This document shows, piece by piece, positions 10,701-21,400 of a DNA stretch of 64,000 nt (position 1 is its first letter; every line of letters begins with the position of its first letter). The translations under genes and the position numbers were made by a program. Below the pieces are notes generated by a model. It saw nothing but the letters and a program-made list of their open reading frames with translations, was not told the origin of the DNA and searched no databases. The stretch is from positions 11,563 through 75,562 of IMG/VR virus record IMGVR_UViG_3300042691_027241. One strand, written 5' to 3'. Source of the stretch: a virus.

Positions 10701-11696
10701 ATATATTATAATCCTATGAGTCCCGATTATCAAAACACTATTATTAGTAAAGTAGCAGGAGAAAACAACAGCGAAACGGTACCTATTAATCCAGATACAG
10801 GACAAATACTGTTTGACCAAGAACAAGTTTTTGTTCAGCTTTTAATAAAAAGTGCTGTAGATATTGATGATGCCACTGGCATTACTAACAAACAAATAAA
10901 ACTATCTAATGGTAGAATGACCGATTCTACATTCAGTGGGGTGTACAAGGTTCTTAAAGTAAAAAGCGATTTTACAAAAGGTAAGTTTGAACAAACTCTT
11001 GATCTGGTTAAAATGCCAAACGACTTATTTTATGATGATAGTCCCCGAACATCGCCCAAAGTAGAACTTCAAGCCACAGTGGCCGTTGGTGAACCTACAC
11101 AGTCAACCCCGTTAGCACCAGTACAAGAGAATCAAGTGGTTGATAGTACAGGTTTAACATCAGATCAAATAAATGATTTAAAAACAGCAGCAGCTCAACC
11201 ACCAACTAACCCAGTTCCGGTGTCTGCTGGTGCAGGAACAGTGGCCACTGTTCCGCAACCTACAGCAGCAGCACCTTCTAATGCAGGGGATGCGTTGGCA
11301 GTTGCTCCAGAGCAATCAGTACCGCGCGATCCTCAAAACGAGTTAGCAGAAATTGAAAGTGAAATAGATGATATATTGAGAACAAGAACTACAGAATTTA
11401 ACTCATTCAACGCTACCATAACCAGCATTAAAAATGATTCAAGCTTGACAAGAGAGCAAAAAGCAGATAAAACTATTAGATACAGAGAAGCTTTAAAAGA
11501 AGTTTTATCTGAACAGGCCACACAGCTACAACAAGTGGCCCTAAGATTGCTCAAGGTACAAGAAACAAGCAAAGGTTATACAGCGCAAATAACAAAACTG
11601 ATAGGCAGGGCGGCGCCTTTACAAACACAAGCCACTCAGGTGTTTAAAGATCAAACAGAAAAAATCAAAAAAATTCAAGAAACAGGTTTAGTATAA
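7740..11696 (+). CDS. Putative baseplate hub protein (gp27/GpD-like core) with long low-complexity termini
   Basis: Sits between gp53 and gp5; LRIIGDP and FSGVYKVLKVKSDFTKGKFEQTLDL hub-type motifs; TTG start. Confidence 0.6.
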   Translation: MPKELRFSQQKLDEVNKLIKGGYSEDDAFNRAGITEEEYDLYRLDDKGRVTKAFDVIEVRTKEEEEARIAEDQRRVKEAEERRARREEEIRVDREKNLERLRKKREDEKAAAKKGWSDEEDKAETTGPSNTRGEVTTTTSGGGVRETRMTAEMSDWTGKNNTARKADDAATTAAKNEYLRSLGLENANFREKNRALRAAEAEGKDFNVTTNRDALGPPPQTQYEDVTIRPNQTNVQVTNDGAQTANQAAKNQADGQTAEDKLKNENLSPQPGAGNNQPTTTNDPNPLIVPAATVSTAEADKIRNNANRGSSAEELPPNAFPAPGSSESNSVEAGRDLEKRKQSSISGTTSSSKPIDSGKSDSDKQKELSLKLAQAKKNLLHDYTSSTYRLTLYLLSAMDYTAMIERPSSFEPKFALISSGGGFPNKQPLTTVASATKTGRHPDFMEDFFIENLSLTTVVGLNAKTKASNAIEISFNIIEPYGMTLLDRLQSACMMPPVECPNYMDQPYLLEIDFISNVNEATPTSNRIDRKRVAIKIIEMKIKPGTGGTEYRCRAIPYNHTAFQDSVAGLPIALSVQAGTVGEFFDSNKEIEKIFSAEVSQNEERVESELKKWVADQESKNQGTKPTEAEINQERDRRKAALDYATKSYPAGYNGFMRGVSGPGRTFGLPPSLITFNITDSRIQKSKIVDEKFAEARTVPMSDPDESVNSSHKRSQLKDGKTKQGFNINPGINIVQLIDRVMQSSEYISGQVKEAKDAIERNRGIISDRSNLLNDANQTQINREQAAKERREAQAELNKYQFLDWYKIIPQIYLNGFDNSTNAYSRTAVYTIVPYKAANAYHPDFAKTRINKSKIVRAYNYLYTGLNQDIISIEIDFDSLFYTGITAYQDSKTAVAASYSNPLEDEDNAARDADPNRPNAKRNLDLPTSYKPRGVNAKGSGQMNRAVKPDATAVSDIADSIYTSSRGDMLNVQLRIIGDPGFIKQDDIYYNPMSPDYQNTIISKVAGENNSETVPINPDTGQILFDQEQVFVQLLIKSAVDIDDATGITNKQIKLSNGRMTDSTFSGVYKVLKVKSDFTKGKFEQTLDLVKMPNDLFYDDSPRTSPKVELQATVAVGEPTQSTPLAPVQENQVVDSTGLTSDQINDLKTAAAQPPTNPVPVSAGAGTVATVPQPTAAAPSNAGDALAVAPEQSVPRDPQNELAEIESEIDDILRTRTTEFNSFNATITSIKNDSSLTREQKADKTIRYREALKEVLSEQATQLQQVALRLLKVQETSKGYTAQITKLIGRAAPLQTQATQVFKDQTEKIKKIQETGLV

Positions 11697-11697
11697 A

Positions 11698-13374
11698 ATG
11701 GCAGATTCAATTAATCCAAAAAAAGTTAATCCCAACTACGACAAGGACGCCACACCCGGTATCAAAATTGATCCTGGACCATACATTGGGATTGTCAAAA
11801 ACAATGTAGACCCTACCCGACTGGGTAGATTAGAAGTATGGATAGCCGAATTGCAAGGAGAGGAAACAGGACCGTACATTACAGTAAGCTACGCAAGTCC
11901 GTTTTTTGGCAGCACTGTTGGTAAACCAGGGGTCGATGATCCTACCACATTCGGAACAGAGGCTCAGACTTATGGTTTTTGGGCTGTGCCACCTGACTTA
12001 GAAAATCAGGTCCTGGTCACTTTTGTAAATGGAGATATCAGTAGAGGATTTTGGTTTGCCTGCATACAAAATACAGAGTCTACTCATATGACGCCTGGTA
12101 TTGCCAGACCCAGTGGCACTACACAGCTGACTCTTGATCCTACCTTCGGCATCAATAGAGATGTTCCTGCAGATAACATATTTTTGCCAGGCAGCGAAGT
12201 AAACTTAGAGAGTGTTGGTAGAAACACAGCAAAAAATTATCTTGAGTTAGATAGAGTGTTACACACTTACCAATCTAATATTGTAATTCAACAAGGATTA
12301 GAGTCTGATCCTGATCGTGGAACCATAACCAGTTCAAGTACCAGAGAATCTCCCAGCAGAGTATTTGGGTTCAGCACCCCGGGTCGCGGATTTCCAGATT
12401 TAACTGACAAATACCCAGATAGAGAATCATTAGACGAAGCCTTAAAATTAGGCAATCAAGGCGAAAAAATCTTTGATTGGCAACCCACTGAACGAAAAGG
12501 TGGGCATACCTTTGTCATGGATGATGGCGATCTATACGGCGACAGTCAGCTGGTAAGATTAAGATCAGCAGGCGGGCATCAAATATTGTTCAATGACACC
12601 AATGAAGTTTTATATATTATCAACAATAAAGGGACTGCATGGTTAGAGTTTACTCCTAAAGGTAGTATTAACATTTATAGTGGTGACAGTCTGAATTTAA
12701 GATCTGAGATGGATTTGAATTTTCACGCCGACGGTAATGTAAACATCAATGCAGGATCTACTATTAAAATGTATGCAGGAGCATCAATCGAATCACAAAC
12801 ATCTTTACAATTAATTACTGCCAAAGATTTATATAATATCAATGCAGGTGTAGTGGGCTTACGCAGTGGAGGCAGTTTAGATATTAGAGCACTTAATGCC
12901 AGCATAGAAACTGCAGGATTGTTTAATATAAAAACTCAAGACACCATGATAACTTCATCAAGATGGGTTAATGTTAGATCGCAAGGTAATGTAACATTCA
13001 ATTCACAGAGCGAATTTATAATAAGTTCAAACACAAACGCAAGTTCAGGTGTTACAAGTGGTTGGAAAGTGGGATCCGGGGAACTATGGTTAAAAGGCGG
13101 AGATCAAGTGTATATAAACACAGCCGGAAAAGTACCAGAAAACCCAAAAATTCCACCTACACCAGTAGAGCCATTAGTAAATCCGCCAATGGAGTTATAT
13201 CAACAGGAAAATGTAAGATTTAATCCAGACATTAAACGTTGGGAGTTAGATCCACAAAGTGGATTGGCAAGTATAGCACCGCTTACCCCCACGCACGAGC
13301 CTTGGACAAGACAAACAGGTAAGAAGAAATTGAGTAGCGGGTTAGCTGAACCAAATAAAGATCAGGAAGAATAG
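11698..13374 (+). CDS. gp5: Baseplate central spike (gp5/VgrG-like OB fold plus beta-helix)
   Basis: GIVKNNVDPTRLGRLEVWI...YGFWAVPPDLENQVLVTFVNGD OB-fold motif; GHTFVMDDG and beta-helix repeats (GSINIYS, GNVNINAG). Confidence 0.82.
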   Translation: MADSINPKKVNPNYDKDATPGIKIDPGPYIGIVKNNVDPTRLGRLEVWIAELQGEETGPYITVSYASPFFGSTVGKPGVDDPTTFGTEAQTYGFWAVPPDLENQVLVTFVNGDISRGFWFACIQNTESTHMTPGIARPSGTTQLTLDPTFGINRDVPADNIFLPGSEVNLESVGRNTAKNYLELDRVLHTYQSNIVIQQGLESDPDRGTITSSSTRESPSRVFGFSTPGRGFPDLTDKYPDRESLDEALKLGNQGEKIFDWQPTERKGGHTFVMDDGDLYGDSQLVRLRSAGGHQILFNDTNEVLYIINNKGTAWLEFTPKGSINIYSGDSLNLRSEMDLNFHADGNVNINAGSTIKMYAGASIESQTSLQLITAKDLYNINAGVVGLRSGGSLDIRALNASIETAGLFNIKTQDTMITSSRWVNVRSQGNVTFNSQSEFIISSNTNASSGVTSGWKVGSGELWLKGGDQVYINTAGKVPENPKIPPTPVEPLVNPPMELYQQENVRFNPDIKRWELDPQSGLASIAPLTPTHEPWTRQTGKKKLSSGLAEPNKDQEE

Positions 13375-13375
13375 T

Positions 13376-14665
13376 ATGCCAATTAATGTTACCGAATTTG
13401 TTAATCAAATTGTGCAAAATAATCCACAGGCCAATGCTCAAGTGGCTGCAGGAGCAAGCACAGCAGCGGCCATGTTTAGCGCATTTGATTCAGGTGGAGT
13501 TAATGCGTCTACTGTTTTGACTTTGACTAACAATCTACCTCCAGGTGTACAGGCTAATATTAACAACGCTGTGGGATCTATTACCGCCAACCTTGGTGCG
13601 TCCAGTGCTGCGCCTGGTCAACAGGCCACAAGTCAATCTAATAATGTTGGTATTGAAGAGGCCAGAAAACAGGCGTTTGGTCAAGGAGCCCCCAGAAGTC
13701 TTCTTGATGATCCGGCAGCACCAATTGGCGCACCTACACCTAAAGTTAAAAAAGATATTCCTACATTGAGAGAAAGTGATATCAAGGCTCTTATGGTACA
13801 AATTGCATTTATGGAAACGAACAACGACAGCACATATAATGTACCGCCAAGAATAGGTAGATACGCAGTTCATAACAAAACTTTAATTAATTATGGGTAC
13901 AAATTTTCCAATGGAGCAGCATATACAGGAAAAGATGGGGTAACTACAGAGATTGAATTCGTGTTTGACGTAAATGTACAAGATCGCATAATGGAAAAAT
14001 TTTTATTAGCACAGTATAACGCTGGTATAAAATCTGGAGCCATAAAAGATTACGACACCAAAGAATCAGTAGCAGGCATGCTGGCCGTCGCTTATCAATT
14101 CCAAGATGCCAATCCAACTTTGCAGCAAGGTTTGTCGTCTATTACAGGATTGATGAGTACTGACACAAGTAGTTTAGTATCAGCTGCATCAGGGCTGGCC
14201 GGTGACCTGGGCGGACTGTTGAGCACCGCAGCAGCGCCACTACAGGCAGCTTCGCAACTTGCTCAAAGTGAAGTTTCGTCTATAGCACAAAACTTGCAGT
14301 CGGCTCTACCCACTGTCAGTGTTTCCGCCAGCGGAGTTGCAGTTGACACACAGGCACTATCCGGAATACCTAATATTACTGGCACTGCTACTGCCACTGC
14401 ACAAAGTGTACAAACTGCGCTTGATCCTGCGCTGCAAGGGTCTGCAGCACAATTTAAGAAAGCCGCAGCCAAAGTTGATGTAAGCAAATTAAAAGCAACC
14501 GGCGATGATTATGCCAACTCGCTGCCAGCCGCCAAGGCAAAAGAGTGGCGTCAAAAAGGCAAAGAAAAAGACAGTCAAGGACGTCCTGGGGCTCTTTTTT
14601 ATAATGCAGGAAAATATGCTATACAAAATTTAAATGCTGACGTTTCGACCGAATCACTTCCATAA
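13376..14665 (+). CDS. Baseplate-associated protein with a divergent lysozyme-like domain and Ala/Ser/Gln-rich segments
   Basis: IAFMETNN...IGRYAV...VQDRIM...AGMLAVA resembles ES..Y..GRYQF lysozyme-like domains; lies between gp5 and gp25. Confidence 0.45.
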   Translation: MPINVTEFVNQIVQNNPQANAQVAAGASTAAAMFSAFDSGGVNASTVLTLTNNLPPGVQANINNAVGSITANLGASSAAPGQQATSQSNNVGIEEARKQAFGQGAPRSLLDDPAAPIGAPTPKVKKDIPTLRESDIKALMVQIAFMETNNDSTYNVPPRIGRYAVHNKTLINYGYKFSNGAAYTGKDGVTTEIEFVFDVNVQDRIMEKFLLAQYNAGIKSGAIKDYDTKESVAGMLAVAYQFQDANPTLQQGLSSITGLMSTDTSSLVSAASGLAGDLGGLLSTAAAPLQAASQLAQSEVSSIAQNLQSALPTVSVSASGVAVDTQALSGIPNITGTATATAQSVQTALDPALQGSAAQFKKAAAKVDVSKLKATGDDYANSLPAAKAKEWRQKGKEKDSQGRPGALFYNAGKYAIQNLNADVSTESLP

Positions 14666-14671
14666 TATGAG

Positions 14672-14677
14672 TAAATA
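14672..14677 (+). promoter_or_regulatory. Putative late promoter TAAATA before gp25
   Basis: GTAAATACTAATATG in the short intergenic gap. Confidence 0.5.
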
Positions 14678-14682
14678 CTAAT

Positions 14683-15057
14683 ATGACAAGATACAAAGGC
14701 TTCAGTACTATTAATAATACTAAAAAATTCCGTATTACTGATGCAGAATTAGTAAAACGAGACTTGATAAATCATTTTGGCATACGCAAAGGCCAAAAAC
14801 TCATGAACCCAGACTTTGGAAGTATAATTTGGAACATGTTGTTTGAACCTCTCACTGCCGATGTTCAGTCAACAATCGTTGAGGATGTAAAAAGAATCGT
14901 GAGTTATGATCCGCGAGTATCTGTTGATAACGTGCTTATAAACGAATTTGAACACGGTTTGCAAATACAAATTGACTTGACATTTTTACCGGGTAATTAT
15001 AGCGAACAGCTTAAATTAGAATTCAATTCAGATTCAAATATATTATTAGCATCATAA
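14683..15057 (+). CDS. gp25: Baseplate wedge protein (gp25/GpW family)
   Basis: LVKRDLINHFGIRKGQKLMNPDFGSIIWNMLFEP...YDPRV motif. Confidence 0.9.
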   Translation: MTRYKGFSTINNTKKFRITDAELVKRDLINHFGIRKGQKLMNPDFGSIIWNMLFEPLTADVQSTIVEDVKRIVSYDPRVSVDNVLINEFEHGLQIQIDLTFLPGNYSEQLKLEFNSDSNILLAS

Positions 15058-15077
15058 AAATACCATATTATAATTGC

Positions 15078-15085
15078 CATAAATA
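15078..15085 (+). promoter_or_regulatory. Putative late promoter CATAAATA before gp6
   Basis: Intergenic, one mismatch to T4 TATAAATA; upstream of an AGGT SD-like motif. Confidence 0.55.
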
Positions 15086-15105
15086 TTGAATAATAGGTAT
15101 AAGAT

Positions 15106-18100
15106 ATGGCAATTACCACAAGACAAACCAGTTTATTAGTCCAGCAAGATTGGACTAAGATTTATCAGACTTTTAGAGAAGCTGATTTCCAAAGCTTTGA
15201 TTTTGAAACACTACGCAAATCAATGATTGAGTATTTGCGTACATATTATCCTGAAGATTTCAATGATTTTACTGAAAGTTCAGAATACATTGCTTTAATA
15301 GATCTTATAGCTTTTTTAGGCCAAAGTTTGGCTTTTAGAACAGATTTAAACGCAAGAGAAAACTTTCTTGACACAGCCGAACGTCGCGACAGTATCTTAA
15401 AGTTAGCCAAACTTATAAGCTACAATCCTAAGCGTAGTATACCAGCAGCAGGATTTTTAAAATTTCAAAATGTAAGCACATCAGAAATAATCTATGATAG
15501 TACTGGTACTAATTTAAGCAATCTTCTGGTAAACTGGAACGATAATACTAACGAAAATTGGTTGGAACAATTTACAGCGATATTAAATGCTGTATTAGTT
15601 GGAACTCAGGCAATTGGAAAACCAGGAGCATCAAAAACTTTAAGCGGAGTAAAAACAGACGAGTATGCTATAGATTTACTAAATGGAGTAATACCAGTAC
15701 AACCCTATACCGCAAGCATAGCAGGAGTTACTTATCCATTTGAAATAATAAGTGCAACATCAGCTGACCAAGCTTACATATATGAAAAATCACCTGCACC
15801 AAGCGGCGTTTTTAATTTTCTATATAAAAACGACAATCAAGGAAATGGGTCAAATAATACAGGATACTTTTTCTATTTCAAGCAAGGAGAACTTAGAAGT
15901 CTTGATTTTTCAATAACAGAAAGTTTGCCTAATCGTATTGTTAATGTCAATTTTGACAATATCAACAACACTGATGTTTGGCTATATTCACTTAATTCAG
16001 CCGGCAGTCCTACTACTCTATGGACGCAAGTCCCGGCAATAAATGGTATCAATGTAATCTACAATAATACCGAAGATAGAAATCTTTATAGTGTTAGCAC
16101 CAGATCAAACGATCAAATTGATTTGGTGTTTGGTGATGGATCGTTCACTAATATTCCAATTGGTAATTTTAGAATTTATTATCGAGTTAGCAACAATCAA
16201 ACCTACAAAATTACTCCTGAGGAAATGAGTGCAGTTACTATCACTATTCCTTATAGAGGCAGAACAGGCAGAGCAGAAACTTTTTCTGTTCGTGCAAGTT
16301 TAGAATACACTGTAACTAATGCATCTGCCAGAGAAACTCTTGAAGAAATACGTATTAAAGCACCGCAACAGTACTATACTCAAAATCGAATGGTAACCGG
16401 TGAAGATTATAATATTCTTCCGTATACTACATTTGGTAATATTTTAAAAGTCAAAGCCGTTAATAGATCCAGTTCAGGAGTGAGTCGTTATTTAGACGTA
16501 GTAGATGCTACCGGAAAATATTCAAGTACGAACATATTTGCACAAGACGGAATTATTTACTCTGAGCCAACAGTTGAAGTTGAAACATTTCAATTTACCA
16601 GCAGCAGTGAAGTAAATTATATTGTAAGAAATGTTATAACTCCTTTGATTTCTCGCGTATCTACAAAACATCTATATTACAAAACAGCGACCAGATTTAC
16701 TCCTACAGGTACATGGACACAATCTTCAAACAGTGGAGGTCGTAGTATTGGAACGTTTGATGCGTCCAGTTACATTTACATTACTCAAGGAGCCTTAATT
16801 AAATTTGTTGCACCAACCGGCAAATACTTTGATGCTCAAAATCAATTACAAACAGGCACCCCTGAGACAGAATTTCAACGCACAGAATTATGGGCCAGTG
16901 TTATTTCATATGTTACTCCTGGTGTAGGAAATGCAACATTAAGTGTGGTAGTGCCAACTGGAGCACAAATAAGTGAAGTCATTCCGGTGTTCGCAAATGC
17001 CTGGCCATCATCTTTAATAACAGAAATTATAAACAATATTTTAAGTTATAAAACATTTGCATTGAGATACGATATTGTCAATAAAATTTGGACCACAATT
17101 GATGAGGCGAACATTGGATCTGGAGATTTTAATTTAGCCAATGCAGGGAATACCTCAGGTTTAGGGTTAGATGACAGCTGGTTTTTAAAATTTGTGTTTG
17201 CTAACCAAGCATACACCGTGACAAGCAGAGGATTAAATTATTTTTTCCAAAGCGAACGAGAAACAAGATTTTATTACGATCCTGATGTAAAAGTATATGA
17301 TAGCAGAACAGCTACTACAAAATTAGACGAAATAAAAGTTTTACGTACAAATACACTACCTGACTCGGCTGATAGTTTGTTTTATAGTCAAATTTATCGT
17401 ATAGCCAACCGTGTAGTAGAAGTTGATGGATTTGAGGATAATAGGAAAATTTTAATTACTTTTCCTGACGATAACTTAGATGAGGTTCCTGACAATCCTG
17501 ATTTATTTGATATATTAGTTGATCCAGAAACAAATCCTGAACATAAATTTGTTTATTTCATTGAAACTATTGACGAATTTAATTTTGAAAAATATGACCC
17601 TGTTGATCAAAATTTGATTGTATCAATTTATCCAGATGAAGCTGCAATTCTTACAAATATTACTCTATATCCTGTTGATACAATTTTTTATGCTACCGGC
17701 GAGGATAAATTTTATAAGTCGACCGGAAGCTCACTGACTGTTGTGACAAATTATATTGCCAGGTTTGGAAGACAGGACATTATGTTTCAGTACACACACA
17801 ATGCACCAAATAATCGTAGAATAGATCCAAGTCCAAATAACCTAATAGATTTTTATATCTTAACAAGAACATACAGCGATCAATATTATGCTTATATCAC
17901 TGATACAAGTAACAGATTGCCTCAACCGGTGCCTCCTACCAGTGTAGAGTTACAAACAGAATTTGGATCAATTGAAAATTTAAAAACTATAAGTGATAGT
18001 ATCATATATAATCCTGCTGTGTTCAAGCCATTATTTGGAAACAAGGCAATAGATTCTTTACGTGCTACTTTTAAAGTTATCAAGAACCCAAATGTAAATT

Positions 18101-18390
18101 TAAGCGATAATGATATAAAAAGTCAGGTCATTGCCGCAATTAATACATATTTTGATATATCCAATTGGGATTTTGGCGAAACATTTTATTTTAGTGAACT
18201 AAGTGCTTATTTACATACATCGTTAAGCCCGAATGTTAGCAGTGTAATAATAGTACCGGCAGCTCAATTGAGCGGGTTTGGTGCATTATACCAAATTAAT
18301 GCCGAACCAAACGAAATTTTAGTAAGTGCTGCTACTGTCGATAATGTACAAATTATCAGTGCAATCACAGCAGGACAAATTAACATTTAA
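15106..18390 (+). CDS. gp6: Baseplate wedge protein (T4 gp6-like)
   Basis: DFETLRKSMIEYLR...DFTESS...ENFLDTAERRDSILKLAKLISYNP; LVFGDG; ETLEEIRIKAPQQYYTQNRMVTGEDY. Confidence 0.88.
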   Translation: MAITTRQTSLLVQQDWTKIYQTFREADFQSFDFETLRKSMIEYLRTYYPEDFNDFTESSEYIALIDLIAFLGQSLAFRTDLNARENFLDTAERRDSILKLAKLISYNPKRSIPAAGFLKFQNVSTSEIIYDSTGTNLSNLLVNWNDNTNENWLEQFTAILNAVLVGTQAIGKPGASKTLSGVKTDEYAIDLLNGVIPVQPYTASIAGVTYPFEIISATSADQAYIYEKSPAPSGVFNFLYKNDNQGNGSNNTGYFFYFKQGELRSLDFSITESLPNRIVNVNFDNINNTDVWLYSLNSAGSPTTLWTQVPAINGINVIYNNTEDRNLYSVSTRSNDQIDLVFGDGSFTNIPIGNFRIYYRVSNNQTYKITPEEMSAVTITIPYRGRTGRAETFSVRASLEYTVTNASARETLEEIRIKAPQQYYTQNRMVTGEDYNILPYTTFGNILKVKAVNRSSSGVSRYLDVVDATGKYSSTNIFAQDGIIYSEPTVEVETFQFTSSSEVNYIVRNVITPLISRVSTKHLYYKTATRFTPTGTWTQSSNSGGRSIGTFDASSYIYITQGALIKFVAPTGKYFDAQNQLQTGTPETEFQRTELWASVISYVTPGVGNATLSVVVPTGAQISEVIPVFANAWPSSLITEIINNILSYKTFALRYDIVNKIWTTIDEANIGSGDFNLANAGNTSGLGLDDSWFLKFVFANQAYTVTSRGLNYFFQSERETRFYYDPDVKVYDSRTATTKLDEIKVLRTNTLPDSADSLFYSQIYRIANRVVEVDGFEDNRKILITFPDDNLDEVPDNPDLFDILVDPETNPEHKFVYFIETIDEFNFEKYDPVDQNLIVSIYPDEAAILTNITLYPVDTIFYATGEDKFYKSTGSSLTVVTNYIARFGRQDIMFQYTHNAPNNRRIDPSPNNLIDFYILTRTYSDQYYAYITDTSNRLPQPVPPTSVELQTEFGSIENLKTISDSIIYNPAVFKPLFGNKAIDSLRATFKVIKNPNVNLSDNDIKSQVIAAINTYFDISNWDFGETFYFSELSAYLHTSLSPNVSSVIIVPAAQLSGFGALYQINAEPNEILVSAATVDNVQIISAITAGQINI

Positions 18391-18401
18391 TAGGAACAAG
18401 A

Positions 18402-21400
18402 ATGGCTGTTATAAAAACTCATCAATTTCTACCAGAAATTTTTCAGACTGAAACAAATAAAAAATTCTTAAATGCCACCTTGGACCAGCTGGTAAATGAA
18501 CCTGCCCTTAAAAAGATAAATGGTTATATTGGTAGAAAACTGGCTCCTTCGTACAAAGTTAATGATAGCTATATTTTAGAAAATAATAAAGAAAGACAAA
18601 ATTATCAGCTGGAGCCATCTCTTATTATTAAAAATAATGTTACAAGCGAAATTGAATTTGCTACAACATATATTGACATTATTAATAAATTAAAATATCA
18701 CGGCAGCCTAACTGACAATCATAATAGATTATTCGACAACGAATACTACACATATGATCCTAAAATTGATCTTGACAAATTTGTTAATTTTAGTCAATAT
18801 TATTGGTTACCAAACGGTCCAGATCCTGTAACTGTCACTGCAAATGGAGTAAAACTACAGCAATCGTTTACTGTAACGTATGACAGCGTTCAAGGTATCT
18901 ATAAATTTAGCGAATACGGAGAAACACCTAATCCTACGTTAACGCTGGCAAGAGGCGGAACTTATGACTTTGTCATTAACGAACCAGGAAACGAATTTTT
19001 TATACAAAGTCGCCCAGGCGCAAATGGATTAGATCCAAATTTTCTAAACTTAACTACCAGACAAGTTTTAGGAGTGAGTAACAATGGAGCAGATGTTGGA
19101 ACGATTAGATTCACAGTTCCTGCTTCTTCGGCCCAAAGCCAGTGGACTTCGATGCCATTGGTTGATACTGTAGATTATGCTACCACTCTTGGGTTTCATC
19201 AACTATTGGGCGCCAACCCTGAAGAACTAATCACTAATTTTGGTGGCATTGATGGCCCAGTGCGATATCTTGACAATGCCTCGGTAGTATTCACTAACGT
19301 AGAATATATTGATGATACATTTTGGAACGACTCGTCGAGAGTAGACAACGGAGTAGTATATTTTGACGATCCTAAACTAATTCCTTTTTCTCAAAGAAAT
19401 AGTATTTTTACAATAAAAATCGAAAGAGATCAAAACAACGTAGAACGCATTGTATTATTTCCAAAATTGCCAGTTGCCAACGAACATAAAGTCAAAATCA
19501 AAGGTGGACAAACTTATGCTGGAAGAGAGTTTTACAGTAGATTAAATCTATTAACTTTAGTGCCATATGTTACTGCTCCTCAAGATTTTTTGTTTTATCA
19601 GAGCGGCGAAAATAATGATGCAAGTGGATTAATAAATTTAGTGGCACCAACCACAAGCACTATAGATCCTCAAACTGACATAGTTGGTAGAACAGATTAC
19701 AAAAGTCCCAATGGGGTTACATTTACCAATGGTTTGAAAGTAAGATTTGATAGTAGTGCTCTTGAACAATGGCAAAATAAAAATTACTATGTAGAAGGCG
19801 TTGGATCTGCTATTAATTTAGTACCAGAAGATGAACTTGTTTCCATTGAATCTATTAATAGTAGCACCGTGCTCGAAGCAGGCCAAGGCTATGTGATAGG
19901 AGATAGATTAAATTTCACTGGCGGAACAGGCACTGCAAATGCAACTGTTGTTATTAAAGACATTGTGTTAGACACCGCCACTGCCACAGCCACAATTAAT
20001 TCAACAACTGGGGTAGTAAATAACATAACAATTGTAAATGGTGGATCAGGATATCTATCAGCACCTGCAGTAACTATTGATTCAGCCCCAACAGGAAATC
20101 CCAGTGCATTTGCTCATGCTGTAATTAGCAATGGAGTTGTAACTAATATCATAATTGATTCTGCAGGCCTCAATTACGCATCCCCACCAACTGTTACTAT
20201 AGCGCCACCTACCTCAGGTCCTATAAAAGATTTCTTTATAAAGGATAGAGGAAACTATTCTGTCTTACCGCAAAACCCTATTAAATTAGAAGGAGGATTG
20301 GGTACCGAAGCACTTTTAAATGCATATCTTCAACCTGTGTTAGCAGATTACATCACGATAAAACGTTCAAGTATTGACAGAAACCCTTGGTCCAGAGCAA
20401 ATAGATGGTTTCACATGGATGTGATTGAAAAAACTGCAGAGTACAATGGCGTCAATGCAATTTATAATCAAACCTCGAGAGCCAGTAGACCTATAATAGA
20501 ATTCAATGAAAGTCTACAATTATTTAATTTTGGCGCAGAAGCCAAACGACCTGTTGATATATTAGACACAACTATACAAAATGCTTTTACACAAGTTCAA
20601 GGTGTTATCTGTATAGATGAAAAAATTCTCACAATAGGAAATTTAACTCTAACACATGGTGACAGAGTTATCTTTAGTAACGATATCAATAATGATGTAC
20701 GAAATAAAATTTACAACTTTACTATAGAAGCAACAACTGAATTTCCTCCAGCTGTGACTTATAAAGCTTATATACAGGAAACCGAAGATACTAATATATC
20801 TGAAAGAAATACTGTGCTGGTGTTATCTGGCGACAACGGAGGAAAACAATGGTATTATAACGGAAACTCGTGGACGGCATCTCAAACTAAAACACAATAT
20901 AGTCAAGAACCTTTATTTGATATCATCAACGACAATGGAATAAGTTTTGGAGATAACTTAAATTATTCAGGAACAACGTTTAACGGCACAAAAATATTTT
21001 CGTACAAAAAAGGTACAGGATCCGCTGATCCTGTGATAGGATTTCCGTTAAGTTATAAAAATTTTGTAAGTCAAGGTGATATCCAATTTGACAATAATTT
21101 TGACTTCGAGACATTCACCTACTTACTCAATAATGGAGCTGTAGAAACAATTAAAATTAACTCTGGGTATTTACAGAAAAATTTAAATGCCGAGACTAAT
21201 CAACGACAAAACATATGGACTATCAATAGAGATTTTTCTAAACAATATCAAAACTATCAATTTACATATGATGGTGAGACCAATTTGTTTCCAATTGATA
21301 ATCCTCCAGATACCAGTGTTATTAATCCTAATATAAAAATTACTGTAAATAATCAAATTTTAAGTATAGGTAACTTCGCTATAACTAAAGTGGTAGATCA

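Noticed and set aside
6492-18390. Bacterial T6SS or extracellular contractile injection system
   Set aside because: Linked gp55, gp46/gp47, T4-type late promoters and the absence of cellular housekeeping genes indicate a phage.
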